DNA of 64,000 bases, taken from positions 286,470 through 350,469 of IMG/VR virus record IMGVR_UViG_3300035180_001778; one strand, 5' to 3'. Within the stretch, counting starts at the first letter, position 1; the number at the start of each line of letters is the position of its first letter. Below the pieces are notes generated by a model that had not been told where the DNA came from, made no database searches, and was given only the letters and a program-made list of their open reading frames with translations. Positions 26,298-34,909 of the stretch are shown here, one piece after another. Both the position numbers and the translations under genes were made by a program.

Positions 26298-26549
26298 CTA
26301 GACCCCCATAGGGATTCGGCGATCGATCTCCTGAGCTACGGCGTTGCGCCGGGCTTTGAAAGCCGCACTGCGATCCACACCCTTCCACCCATCGAGCAGG
26401 GCGGTCCGCTCCTTGGAGTCCGGTCCAAGGTAGGATACGAACTCCGCCATGAGCGCCGTGGTGGCCATGCTCTCGACGGGGGTTTCAGGGAGAGACTTCG
26501 CCGCGTCCTCGGCAACGAAGTGGGATTTCTCTGCGTTGTCGTACGACAT
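26298..26549 (-). CDS. hypothetical protein
   Basis: TGTA-N8-ATG; 83 aa. Confidence 0.7.
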   Translation of the reverse strand: MSYDNAEKSHFVAEDAAKSLPETPVESMATTALMAEFVSYLGPDSKERTALLDGWKGVDRSAAFKARRNAVAQEIDRRIPMGV

Positions 26550-26583
26550 GCCCCATTTACAGATTGGGGCATGTCGCGATCAA

Positions 26584-27117
26584 CTAGAAACGAACCTGCG
26601 CGAGGGCCGCAGCGACCCCATCGACGAGCGTCTGATTGCGCGTGAGCTTCCCCTGGGTGAGGGTGCTGTGGGGGTCCGCGCCATCACCACCGAGGTTCTT
26701 CGCGATGATCGAGCCGACCGTGGTCGTCTTGAATCCGAGCCCGAAGGCATCCGAGAACGCGTCCCCGGGGAAGGTGATCCCGGTCGACGTCGCGAAGCAG
26801 GTCTTGTTGCCGTGGTAGACGATCGCGATCACCGCGAGATCCAGGATGACGTCCCCACCGTAGGGCCCGACGACGCCGGACTCGATGCCGATGTAGAGGT
26901 CCCCATCCTCGGGCCCGTCGAGCTGCGCCTGGGTGGCACGGTGCAAGGCACCCTTCATGGTCTCCTCGAACCCGTAGGGCTGCTCGTTGACCGCCGAAGC
27001 GACCTTCACCCCGACGACCTCGACACCCTTGAAGCCGACCCGCCCGCAGGCCTCCTGAACAGCTTGAATCTTGATCTTGCTCGTCGTACCCAAAACGATC
27101 TTCATGCTCATCTCCAT
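26584..27117 (-). CDS. YjjX-like non-canonical purine NTPase (ITPase/XTPase)
   Basis: LGTTS.IKIQAV…SAVNEQP.G.EET..GA.HRA…IGIESG. Confidence 0.85.
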   Translation of the reverse strand: MEMSMKIVLGTTSKIKIQAVQEACGRVGFKGVEVVGVKVASAVNEQPYGFEETMKGALHRATQAQLDGPEDGDLYIGIESGVVGPYGGDVILDLAVIAIVYHGNKTCFATSTGITFPGDAFSDAFGLGFKTTTVGSIIAKNLGGDGADPHSTLTQGKLTRNQTLVDGVAAALAQVRF

Positions 27118-27614
27118 CAGGTGTGAAAGGCTGCCTTCAGACGGGAAAGCAGGGTGTAGTCTTCGACCCCCGCATCCTTCATCAGCTCAAGGAAGCCAGG
27201 GAGTTCCTTGAGGTACATCTTGAACTTGGACTGATCCGCAGACTGCCGGCTGTGCTCGCCGTTCGCGATCCGGTCCGCCAGCTTGAGGATCGCTGCCTTC
27301 TGGATCAGCCGGATCTTCGCGTAGGCCGAAGCGTTGCGCTCCTTGCGGTTCTTGCCGACACCCGAGACAGCGAAGACCAGGAGAGCTACATCAGCTCCGA
27401 ACTCCTGTTCGAGAACTCGGAGGTCCGCACCCTCGACATCCTCGTACCAGTCGTGCAGCCAGGCCGCGGTGAGGAAGATATCCCCATAGCCGGCATCCCA
27501 GAGGATCTGACGAACCGCAGCGAGGTGGTGGCTGTAGGGGAGGTCCCCATACAACTGCTTCGCATGGGCCTCGCAGGCGAAGTCTCGGGCTTTCCGTTCC
27601 TGGTCGCTAATCAT
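27117..27614 (-). CDS. HD-domain small alarmone hydrolase-like (RelA/SpoT HD, Mesh1-like)
   Basis: AH..Q…PY..H..AV…AAWLHD.YED…KLADRI.N. Confidence 0.85.
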   Translation of the reverse strand: MISDQERKARDFACEAHAKQLYGDLPYSHHLAAVRQILWDAGYGDIFLTAAWLHDWYEDVEGADLRVLEQEFGADVALLVFAVSGVGKNRKERNASAYAKIRLIQKAAILKLADRIANGEHSRQSADQSKFKMYLKELPGFLELMKDAGVEDYTLLSRLKAAFHT

Positions 27615-27644
27615 GGGGGTTCTACAGGATCGCGGGGTTCGCGA

Positions 27645-27956
27645 TCAACTGAAGAGCTTCACGAGCTTCCGGAAGACGTTGAGGGTCACCTCTTCCGGCT
27701 CGCCACCCGAGAACTCCACGGCGAGATCGAACGCATCGTTCGCCTTGGGGTGCTCCGAGACGCCGAACTCCGCGAAGAGGTCGCGCTTGAACTCCGCGTT
27801 GAGCTGTTCCTCGCGAGCTTTCCAGGCCGTCTGCTTCCTGGCGTTGTTCACGACCTCGCCCCTGATGTAGGTCGGCTCCGGGTTCTTGTAGTACCCAGCT
27901 TCGAGCTTGTCGTAGATCGTCATCGGACTCACCCCGTCCCAAAGTTGGATCGTCAT
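27645..27956 (-). CDS. hypothetical protein
   Basis: 103 aa; stop lies within the next GTTGATC. Confidence 0.75.
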   Translation of the reverse strand: MTIQLWDGVSPMTIYDKLEAGYYKNPEPTYIRGEVVNNARKQTAWKAREEQLNAEFKRDLFAEFGVSEHPKANDAFDLAVEFSGGEPEEVTLNVFRKLVKLFS

Positions 27957-28237
27957 TCTTCGTTGTCCCATCCCACGACGCGGATTGCGCCCTGGTCCTT
28001 CTGGGTCTTGCCCTTGAGAACACTCGTTCGCTTCGCCCCGATGCGCTGTGCCAACAGCTTGCTATCCGCCAGGACCCGGACGATCCCGAGGTTGAGCTTC
28101 GCCTGATGGGCCACGCGCTCCAGGGGGACATCCTTGACCTCCCCATTCTTGGGGCCGCCCGGGATGTACACCAAGATCGCGACGGCGATCCGCGTGATGG
28201 CTTCGGACTTCGGGATGATCAGGAGGATGGTGTTCAT
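27953..28237 (-). CDS. hypothetical protein (paralog of 28346-28551)
   Basis: Promoter 28248-28276. Confidence 0.75.
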   Translation of the reverse strand: MNTILLIIPKSEAITRIAVAILVYIPGGPKNGEVKDVPLERVAHQAKLNLGIVRVLADSKLLAQRIGAKRTSVLKGKTQKDQGAIRVVGWDNEE

Positions 28238-28345
28238 GGCGATTCTCCTACAAGACGAGGTCCTTCTGGATCAATCTCGTAGGAGAATTTGTAGTTCACC
28301 CCACGGAGTAAGCCGCCCCCATTTCTGGTAAGGCACCCCCGGAGA

Positions 28346-28551
28346 TCACTTCCTACGGAGACGGATGGCACCCTTGTCCGAGCGCTTCACGCCCTTGATG
28401 AAGGAGACGCGGTCGGCACCAACCAGGCGAGCGAGCACCGTGGACTTCACGAGGAGCTTCACTTCCTTGGGGGTCAACTCGGACCGCCTCACGATCGAGG
28501 GGAAGTCGATGTTGCACACATCGTCCTCCGTTCGAGCTTCTTGGGGTCCAT
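28346..28551 (-). pseudogene. frameshifted paralog of 27953-28237
   Basis: Promoter at N8. MDPKKLE then a shifted frame EDDVCNIDF…LARLVGADRVSFIKGVKRSDKGAIRL; span is 1 nt short of a whole number of codons. Confidence 0.7.
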
Positions 28552-28558
28552 GGGGGTC

Positions 28559-28626
28559 CTACAGTCTGAGCCACTTGGAAATCAACCCCAACCTCCTGGT
28601 TGATCCCCAAGGCCTCGCTCCTGTAG
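28559..28626. promoter_or_regulatory. divergent promoter pair
   Basis: GGTTGATT-N16-TGTAG (minus) and GGTTGATC-N16-TGTAG (plus), both N8 to ATG. Confidence 0.85.
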
Positions 28627-28633
28627 GTACACC

Positions 28634-28840
28634 ATGCCGAAGAACCCATTCGATACGCTGAATCCCGAGGAGAAATCCGCCCTCGTCGCCTACGCCAAGG
28701 AGCACGGACGCACCTGGAAATCCAGCCTCCGGGACGACTGGTACAACGCCTCGGCAGAGTCCATCCTTCACCGGCTCCGGAACAAGGAAGACTTCGGTCC
28801 GACGGGGCTCATCAACGTCCGGCTCCCCAAGGAGAAGTGA
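28634..28840 (+). CDS. hypothetical protein
   Basis: 68 aa at exact promoter spacing. Confidence 0.8.
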   Translation: MPKNPFDTLNPEEKSALVAYAKEHGRTWKSSLRDDWYNASAESILHRLRNKEDFGPTGLINVRLPKEK

Positions 28841-29118
28841 TCATGGAACGCTGCATCTGGTCTCCAGGCAACGCGAAGTCACAGCCGAAGTTATTCCGGC
28901 ATGACCTGTGGTATGCCAAGACCTCGTTCTTCTCGACGATGGGTCCGTACACGCTGGCCGTGTATGTCTACAGGGACATGGTCGGGGGCCACATCTTCAA
29001 GGACGACCCCGTGAGCATTTACGACATTCCCCACAACATCGCGCTCAAGGCTTCCGTCGAGGAAGCCCAAGCTCTCCTCGAAGCCCAAGCTCTCAAGTAC
29101 CTCAGCAACGATCGGTGA
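28837..29118 (+). CDS. hypothetical protein
   Basis: 93 aa; GTGA overlap. Confidence 0.7.
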   Translation: MIMERCIWSPGNAKSQPKLFRHDLWYAKTSFFSTMGPYTLAVYVYRDMVGGHIFKDDPVSIYDIPHNIALKASVEEAQALLEAQALKYLSNDR

Positions 29119-29139
29119 CCCCGGTGTAACCTTGTCCCC

Positions 29140-29820
29140 ATGGGTTACAGCATCTCGGTTCCGACGCGATCCCCCAAGCTCCAAGCGAAGATGCTGAGCT
29201 TCCTGGAGACGAACTACAGGAGGTGGCCCGACGTCAACAACGACGGGAAAAGCCACGCCTACGCCAGGGGTCCCACGGACGACCTGTCCTACGGCGCTGC
29301 CAAGAACCGGATCGGGTTCGACTACGGGCCCCTCAGCGGCGGGGAACGTGAGTACATCTACGCCGTCCTCCGATGGATGGCGATCCAGGTCGGGGTGCGC
29401 AAGGCGAAGTTCACCAAGAACGAGATCACCCCGAACATCCTCCCCCGCCACATGCCGTACACCCTCTACGACGGGTACGACGCCATGCCCATCATCCTCG
29501 TCCCCAACGTGACGGCCGCCAACAAGCTGCCCAAGAGACAGCGCTGGGCAGCCACCGATTGCTGGGGGATCCGGATCAGCAAGGAAGCCGATCAATCCTC
29601 GCTCCTCTTCGACATGCCGTCGGAGATCCTCCAGGCCGTCAATGATGACGTGAGGAACACGATGGGCATCTGAGAGAATCTCACCCACCAAGAGCGCAAG
29701 GCCTGGCACGACAAGTACAAGGCCATCTGTCTCAAGCACATGAAGCCCGAGCTGGACAAGATCATGGGGACGATCCGCGATGAGACGAAGCGCCTCCAGC
29801 TCCTCTGGGACCAGCTCTAG
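29140..29820 (+). CDS. hypothetical protein with in-frame UGA (29671-29673) and 48-aa extension ending LWDQL
   Basis: …MGI-TGA-ENLTHQERKAWHDKYKAICLKHMKPELDKIMGTIRDETKRLQLLWDQL-TAG. Confidence 0.7.
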
Positions 29821-30119
29821 ATCATCTCCCCCAACAGCAGGGCGCCGTTGAAGCTGTCCCGAGCCTGAAGCTCCTGGAGCTTCAGCTCGCAGAGACGCTT
29901 GGCCTCTTCCGCCGAAGTCTTCTTGCGAAGCTCGCGAGGGAGATACCATTCGGTCCGAGACCCGACGAAGACCTCGGTCTGCACGTAATCGCCCGTCTGC
30001 CAGGCGTCGACCGTGACGGACATCGTGTACTGCCCATCGAAAGCCAGGTACACGGCGACGGTGTTGAAACCGAAGAACTCGGCGTGGGTGTCTTTGGTAA
30101 CTTCGATCCAGGTAGCCAT
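29817..30119 (-). CDS. hypothetical protein
   Basis: 100-aa ORF MATWIEVTK…. Confidence 0.7.
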   Translation of the reverse strand: MATWIEVTKDTHAEFFGFNTVAVYLAFDGQYTMSVTVDAWQTGDYVQTEVFVGSRTEWYLPRELRKKTSAEEAKRLCELKLQELQARDSFNGALLLGEMI

Positions 30120-30189
30120 GGGGATCAACCTCTTGCCGTGAGGGCTACGATGGCCTTGGTGTGGAGCGTCTGAAACTTCTCCTGCGCTT

Positions 30190-30435
30190 TCAGCTCGGCC
30201 GCCTTCGCTTCGCTTCGCAGAGAGCCTTCGCATCTTCCAGCTTGAGGCTCTTCTCGACAACCCAGACCCACTGCCGGTATATCTTCTCCGTGCGGACGCT
30301 CAGGGTCATCAACCCGTCAGTCGCCTCGTGAATGACCAGCGTGTATTCGCCCTTGGTCGACACGAAGACTTCCTTCGTCATCTTCCCGGTGAAGTCCGGG
30401 TCCTCCGAAGATACCCACATCAAGTCTTTGCTCAT
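30190..30435 (-). CDS. hypothetical protein
   Basis: Promoter 30446-30474. Confidence 0.75.
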   Translation of the reverse strand: MSKDLMWVSSEDPDFTGKMTKEVFVSTKGEYTLVIHEATDGLMTLSVRTEKIYRQWVWVVEKSLKLEDAKALCEAKRRRPS

Positions 30436-30521
30436 GGTCCCTCTCCTACAGTCCAAGCCACACCAAGATCAACCGGGAAGGTTGATCCCAAAGCCTCCCC
30501 TTCTGTAGGAGAGGGACCATG
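30433..30521. promoter_or_regulatory. symmetric divergent promoter cassette
   Basis: Identical TGTAGGAGAGGGACCATG on both strands; GATCAACC/GGTTGATC 5 nt apart. Confidence 0.9.
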
Positions 30522-30773
30522 AGCGAATTTCCCTTCAAGTCCGAAGCACACCGAGCGGACCACCTCAAGCACTGCGCTGAAGTGGAAGCCCGCTTCGCGG
30601 CTCGCCTGGTCGCCCTCAAGAAGGCCGAAGTCGAATCGGCGAAGTGGGCGGCCAAGTTCGCCGTCCGTCCCGTCCCCATGTCCAAGGAAGTCCTCGAAGC
30701 CTTCCTCGCGGGCCTCAAGGCTCGCAGTGCTGAGCTGACCCCCGAGAAGGTTCGTCACCTCCTCGGCTGTTGA
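30519..30773 (+). CDS. hypothetical protein
   Basis: 84-aa helical ORF. Confidence 0.8.
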   Translation: MSEFPFKSEAHRADHLKHCAEVEARFAARLVALKKAEVESAKWAAKFAVRPVPMSKEVLEAFLAGLKARSAELTPEKVRHLLGC

Positions 30774-30928
30774 GAGGCCCCGGGAAATATCACTCCCGGG
30801 CCAAAATCACCGCCCCCAAAAAAATCCCCCAAACGAAAAATGACCCGGGGCAAAAAGATGCCACCGGGTCATGATTTACCGCGTCAGCGGAACTTGACGA
30901 TCACTGAGATCGTGCGGACTGGATACGT

Positions 30929-30966
30929 CCATTAACTCCCCTGGGGTGTGCCAGGGGAGTTAATGG
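30929..30966. terminator. 16-bp perfect hairpin between convergent units
   Basis: CCATTAACTCCCCTGG-GGTGTG-CCAGGGGAGTTAATGG. Confidence 0.75.
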
Positions 30967-30973
30967 AGCGGTT

Positions 30974-31186
30974 CTACTTGGAGCGGATCTGGACTGCCTG
31001 GATCGCGATGGCCGTCGGGAGCGGGATCCAGTTGGGTGCGCTCTTCAGTGCGTGCTCCGAAAGCTCGACAGTGTTCGTGCTGAGCCGTGCGAAGACGATG
31101 CCTCCGGGCGTGCGGCCCACCACGAGGAGCACCTCTCCTTCGGGCGTCTGGAGGGCTTCGAGCTTGTCGAGTTCTTCTTGGTTCAT
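30974..31186 (-). CDS. hypothetical protein
   Basis: 70-aa ORF in a minus-strand run. Confidence 0.65.
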   Translation of the reverse strand: MNQEELDKLEALQTPEGEVLLVVGRTPGGIVFARLSTNTVELSEHALKSAPNWIPLPTAIAIQAVQIRSK

Positions 31187-31204
31187 GGGCTCGGGCTACA
31201 CCGG

Positions 31205-31495
31205 CTAGAGGTCGTCTTCCTTGAGGAGGCGCTTCCAGGCGGAGGCTGGGACAGCTCGTTGTTTCTGGAAGCCCCCGGGCATGACGACGTAGATGAGGGC
31301 CTGATCACTGTCGTAGAGCCGGGCCATGGAGCTGTTGTAGGCGCAGAGGTTGGCGACGTAGCCGAGGGCCACACGGTTGAGGTCTTCAACTTCGGCTTCG
31401 AGCTGGGCCTGTGTGAGGGGCGACTCGGGCTGCGTCTCGAACTCCACACGGAAGACTCGGGCCGGGACATCGAGGGTACAGCAGACGTTGGCCAT
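31205..31495 (-). CDS. hypothetical protein with W-tail
   Basis: Ends ASAWKRLLKEDDL. Confidence 0.75.
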   Translation of the reverse strand: MANVCCTLDVPARVFRVEFETQPESPLTQAQLEAEVEDLNRVALGYVANLCAYNSSMARLYDSDQALIYVVMPGGFQKQRAVPASAWKRLLKEDDL

Positions 31496-31689
31496 TATCC
31501 TCGAAGGGCCTCACGGATGAGCCTCTTCCCTGCCTGCCTCACAGTGCGCTCGATGGCTCGCTCTTCCTGATCGGGCCGCCCGTGGTGGTAGCAGCGGGCG
31601 ATGTTTCGCTTCGCTCCCCGCCTCCCCTTGAGGGCCTTGTGGCTGGGGGCTCGGAACGACCAGTTTTGGGGTGCGCCTGCTTGGGCCAT
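31495..31689 (-). CDS. small basic protein
   Basis: 64 aa, Arg/Lys rich. Confidence 0.65.
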   Translation of the reverse strand: MAQAGAPQNWSFRAPSHKALKGRRGAKRNIARCYHHGRPDQEERAIERTVRQAGKRLIREALRG

Positions 31690-31698
31690 GGGAAGAGC

Positions 31699-31908
31699 TT
31701 ACACCAAGATGAGGTCGGCGTAGTGCTCCTCGGCTGCATCGGTCGCCAGCTCGGGCGTCGCGTACGAGCCGACATGGTGGCGTTGCCCCGGCGGCCGGTA
31801 GGAGACCGTGTGCCACTCGAAGCGGTGCGAGATCACGTAGTGCCCGCTGCACGAGAGCGGGGCGCAGTCCTTCGAGCCTTCGATCTCTTCCCAGACGAGC
31901 TTGCTCAC
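31699..31908 (-). CDS. hypothetical protein
   Basis: 69 aa; GTGA overlap. Confidence 0.7.
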   Translation of the reverse strand: MSKLVWEEIEGSKDCAPLSCSGHYVISHRFEWHTVSYRPPGQRHHVGSYATPELATDAAEEHYADLILV

Positions 31909-32162
31909 GGCTTCTCCTTGTCGAGGAACCGGATGCCGCTCATCTCGTTGAACTCCAGCGGGAGCCCCAAGGCGCTCAGGGCCTTCTTCGGGTCGCCTGT
32001 GCCTCCCTGCTGAATGTCGAGCAGGATGAGCAGGGTCCGCCCGCGGTCGCCTGTGAGCGTCAGCCCTCTCAGGATCGAGAGCTGAAAGAGGCGCAGAAGG
32101 TCGAAGTGATTCTGGGGCGTCGAGGCCGCTTCGATGTGGGCAGCGGCCTCTTCGATGGTCAT
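31905..32162 (-). CDS. hypothetical protein
   Basis: 85-aa ORF. Confidence 0.65.
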   Translation of the reverse strand: MTIEEAAAHIEAASTPQNHFDLLRLFQLSILRGLTLTGDRGRTLLILLDIQQGGTGDPKKALSALGLPLEFNEMSGIRFLDKEKP

Positions 32163-32198
32163 GGGGGGGGCTTGGGCATGGGGTTCTCTTGGTGGGGA

Positions 32199-32441
32199 TC
32201 AGAACAGCAGACCGTCGTCCACAGGGGCGGGAAGTAGAGTCCGGCGAGCGTTCTCAGCCGCCTCGTAGGCCGCATCCTTGCGAGCCAGGTCGGCGAGGAA
32301 CTCCGCCTTGGTGCCCTGCCAGCCGGCATCGGCCATGGCTTCGAGCGTGCCGTCGATGATCTCTCCAGCGTATCGCTCCGAGACAGCGTCGGAGAAGTGG
32401 TCGTCCCAGCGGGCGTCATGTTCAGCGTAAGGGTTGCACAT
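32199..32441 (-). CDS. hypothetical protein
   Basis: Promoter 32452-32480. Confidence 0.75.
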   Translation of the reverse strand: MCNPYAEHDARWDDHFSDAVSERYAGEIIDGTLEAMADAGWQGTKAEFLADLARKDAAYEAAENARRTLLPAPVDDGLLF

Positions 32442-32474
32442 GGTCCTTCTCCTACAGAGCCGAAGCCCCTGCGA

Positions 32475-32615
32475 TCAACCGCGTTCGATGAAGTTCTCGC
32501 GGCGGATACGACGGGGCACAGCCACCGCGTTCCGACCACGTAGAGACACCCGTCGGTAGACCCGGCGTCGGATCTTCTCCTGGTTCTTGCTGTGCTTGAA
32601 TCCTCGCAGAATCAT
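32475..32615 (-). CDS. 46-aa Arg-rich peptide (not in ORF track)
   Basis: MILRGFKHSKNQEKIRRRVYRRVSLRGRNAVAVPRRIRRENFIERG; stop within GGTTGATC. Confidence 0.65.
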   Translation of the reverse strand: MILRGFKHSKNQEKIRRRVYRRVSLRGRNAVAVPRRIRRENFIERG

Positions 32616-32624
32616 GGGTCGTCC

Positions 32625-32810
32625 TCAGCTCTCGAAGTTCGTCTTCTGATCGAGCCGGCTCAGGCGGACCCGAGCCAGGCGACGCGAGACCTTCTTGAAG
32701 ACCCCGAGCGTGGCGATGTCACGGCAACAGGCGCAGCCGTAACGACCCCGCTTGTTCTTGGAGCCGTCCCCGCACTGCGCTTTCTGCGCCTTCCGAAAGA
32801 TGTCCATCAT
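32625..32810 (-). CDS. small basic Cys protein
   Basis: Promoter 32818-32846 at N8; GCACC motif. Confidence 0.75.
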   Translation of the reverse strand: MMDIFRKAQKAQCGDGSKNKRGRYGCACCRDIATLGVFKKVSRRLARVRLSRLDQKTNFES

Positions 32811-33012
32811 GCCTCTCCTACAGCTCGACCCCTCTTGGGATCAACCCATAATTCCGTGCCAAGCTGTCCGGAGTTTTCAGACATGTTGGCAAGAATCCGA
32901 TCCATATACGTGCGCGGCCGGTTTCGAACGCCGTGCCAGCCAGGGCTTGGGATCCCGGGGTGAGCCCATCCCTTGCTGGTCTCTGAGCTGCCTCTCGGTG
33001 TACTCTCTCCCC

Positions 33013-33696
33013 ATGTCCATCATCGACGATCTCTTGGAGCGTGGCGTGGGGTTCATCCCTGGGGAGGGGCTCATCGAGGAGGCAGCTCGGGTGCTTGCTC
33101 TTGCTCAGGGCGTGCTCTCGGGCTTGTCTGCGTGTCCACCTCTGGAGAAGCGGACGATGTTCCCCGAGGCGCTCTCCAGCGTGCCGGGAGCTTCTCGGAA
33201 GGTGATCCAGTGCTTCCTCACTCGGGAGCCGGACATCTCTTCACCCGAGCCTGCTGAGGTCACGGCTGTCCGCAAGGAGATGAAGTCTCTCCGTGTGCGC
33301 GTGGCGGATGTGGCTGAGGAGATTCTGTTCCATCTCGGCCAAGAGTGCGATCTGCTCTTCCCCATGATGGAGGACCTCTTGGCTCCACAGGAGTGGGTCT
33401 TGAACGCGGTCCACTATCCGTACTCTGGGGAGGCGGGCCGGCTGCTCTTCCCTGCGCATCGGGATTGGGGGACGCTGGCCATCTACCCGCTGATCGAGGG
33501 CTCTGGCTTGGAGATGTCCATCGCTGGGGGCGAGTGGGCTCCGGTCGAGGCGCCTCCGGGGCACATGCTCTGTTACGCGGGGGACATCTTGGGGCGGGTG
33601 ACGGACGGGCTTGTGAAGCCTCTCTTGCATCGGGTTCGCCAGCCGGTAGCTTGGGCGGGTTCGGATCAACCCCAACTCGCGAAGTGCCGCAGTTGA
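33013..33696 (+). CDS. 2OG-Fe(II) dioxygenase (IPNS/flavonol-synthase-like), probably C-terminally truncated
   Basis: LNAVHYP…AHRDWGTL…GLE…W..V…GD.L…HRV; no RxS after the distal His. Confidence 0.75.
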   Translation: MSIIDDLLERGVGFIPGEGLIEEAARVLALAQGVLSGLSACPPLEKRTMFPEALSSVPGASRKVIQCFLTREPDISSPEPAEVTAVRKEMKSLRVRVADVAEEILFHLGQECDLLFPMMEDLLAPQEWVLNAVHYPYSGEAGRLLFPAHRDWGTLAIYPLIEGSGLEMSIAGGEWAPVEAPPGHMLCYAGDILGRVTDGLVKPLLHRVRQPVAWAGSDQPQLAKCRS

Positions 33697-33992
33697 GCTT
33701 CCTCGGTACAGCACCCTTGGCTCTCGTAGGCGTCGGTGAACCATTGCACAATGGCCGCCAGGTCGGGCAGGTTGGGGTCTTCGAGCTTCACCGTGTAGTC
33801 CGGGCTGTAGAGCTTGTGGAACTTGGCCTCGTAGGTCGTGTAGTTCTTCTTGACGATGCCGTGCAGACCGAACTTGGTCTCGTCATTCGCCAGGAAGTAC
33901 TTCACGTAGTGCCCGAGGATGTTGGCTCCCGGGATGGGACTCAGGGTGACGAAGCCCGCGGCTTCGAACTCTTCTTGGGTCGGGGTGTTCAT
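33666..33992 (-). CDS. hypothetical protein
   Basis: 108 aa; stop within GGTTGATC. Confidence 0.75.
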   Translation of the reverse strand: MNTPTQEEFEAAGFVTLSPIPGANILGHYVKYFLANDETKFGLHGIVKKNYTTYEAKFHKLYSPDYTVKLEDPNLPDLAAIVQWFTDAYESQGCCTEEAQLRHFASWG

Positions 33993-34204
33993 ACGAGCTG
34001 ATCCAGGTCTTCGACGGCGCAGGAAAGCAGCAAGGTAGCCTCATCCGCCTTGCCCGAGTGCAGAAGCGCCAGCACCTCTTTCAGGCAAGTCGCAACGATC
34101 CGGCGATCGGTGCCGAGGATGCGCTCCAGCTTGGCCCTCCGGTCGGAGTCGATGCGTTCGTACATCTCCGAGACATGCTTGACGGGGATGATGTGGGAGA
34201 CCAT
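33989..34204 (-). CDS. hypothetical protein
   Basis: 71 aa; ATGA overlap. Confidence 0.65.
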   Translation of the reverse strand: MVSHIIPVKHVSEMYERIDSDRRAKLERILGTDRRIVATCLKEVLALLHSGKADEATLLLSCAVEDLDQLV

Positions 34205-34207
34205 GGA

Positions 34208-34564
34208 TCAGCCCTCGATGAGGTTCTTGGGGTTGCGGGCCGCCTTCTGGGTGGTGTCACCCTGGCGACGAGCGAGCCGGTTTCCGCCATGCTTGCCGAA
34301 CTTTTTGAAGAAGGGCGAGGAAAGGGTCGAGCGACGGTCTTCGAGGTCGGAACACCTCCCGTAGCCCTTGCTGTTGTGTCGAGCCTGGATCTTCTGGAGG
34401 GTCTCCTCCGGGGCCGTCGCCAGGTCCGAGCGGTTGGCCGCGTAGTGCTCCCCATCGGCCGAGCGGACGGCCTTCTGGTAGCAGCCCGTGACTTCCGCTC
34501 GTTTGAACGGGTCGGGGTACTTCTTGTAGCCGGATTCGAGTAGATTTTTGGGGGTGATGGTCAT
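34208..34564 (-). CDS. hypothetical protein
   Basis: Promoter 34575-34603. Confidence 0.7.
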   Translation of the reverse strand: MTITPKNLLESGYKKYPDPFKRAEVTGCYQKAVRSADGEHYAANRSDLATAPEETLQKIQARHNSKGYGRCSDLEDRRSTLSSPFFKKFGKHGGNRLARRQGDTTQKAARNPKNLIEG

Positions 34565-34597
34565 GTTTCCCTTCCTACAGCTCGCTCCCGTCTCGGA

Positions 34598-34900
34598 TCA
34601 ACCCTGGGAAGCGCAGATCGTCGATTCGCTCGTGTCTTCCACATCGGCGATCGACGCGATGTATGTGTCGAGGTCCGCCTGGCTGAGGTCGTTTGGGAGG
34701 GCCTTGCAGGGCTTGGCGCAAGCCTCGCCCATCTGGCGGGCGACCGCATTCGCCTCGTTCAGGGCGGTCAGGAACTCCGCGCGAAGCTCGTGGTGGTCGC
34801 CGAGTCCGAAGGCCAGCTTGTGGGACGCGCCGGAGAGCTTCATGAGAGTGATGGCCTGGTCACGATGAAGCGGGCTGTGAGCGAAGTTGGGGGTCGGCAT
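34598..34900 (-). CDS. hypothetical protein
   Basis: GGTGTA-N10-ATG. Confidence 0.7.
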   Translation of the reverse strand: MPTPNFAHSPLHRDQAITLMKLSGASHKLAFGLGDHHELRAEFLTALNEANAVARQMGEACAKPCKALPNDLSQADLDTYIASIADVEDTSESTICASQG

Positions 34901-34909
34901 GGGGGATCC

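Noticed and set aside
29062-29094. 18-nt periodic repeat
   Set aside because: Imperfect and in frame (EAQALLEAQALK); no disruption.
30123-30130. GATCAACC copies at 30123 and 33664 as active promoters
   Set aside because: No TGTA at 16 nt and no start at the expected distance.
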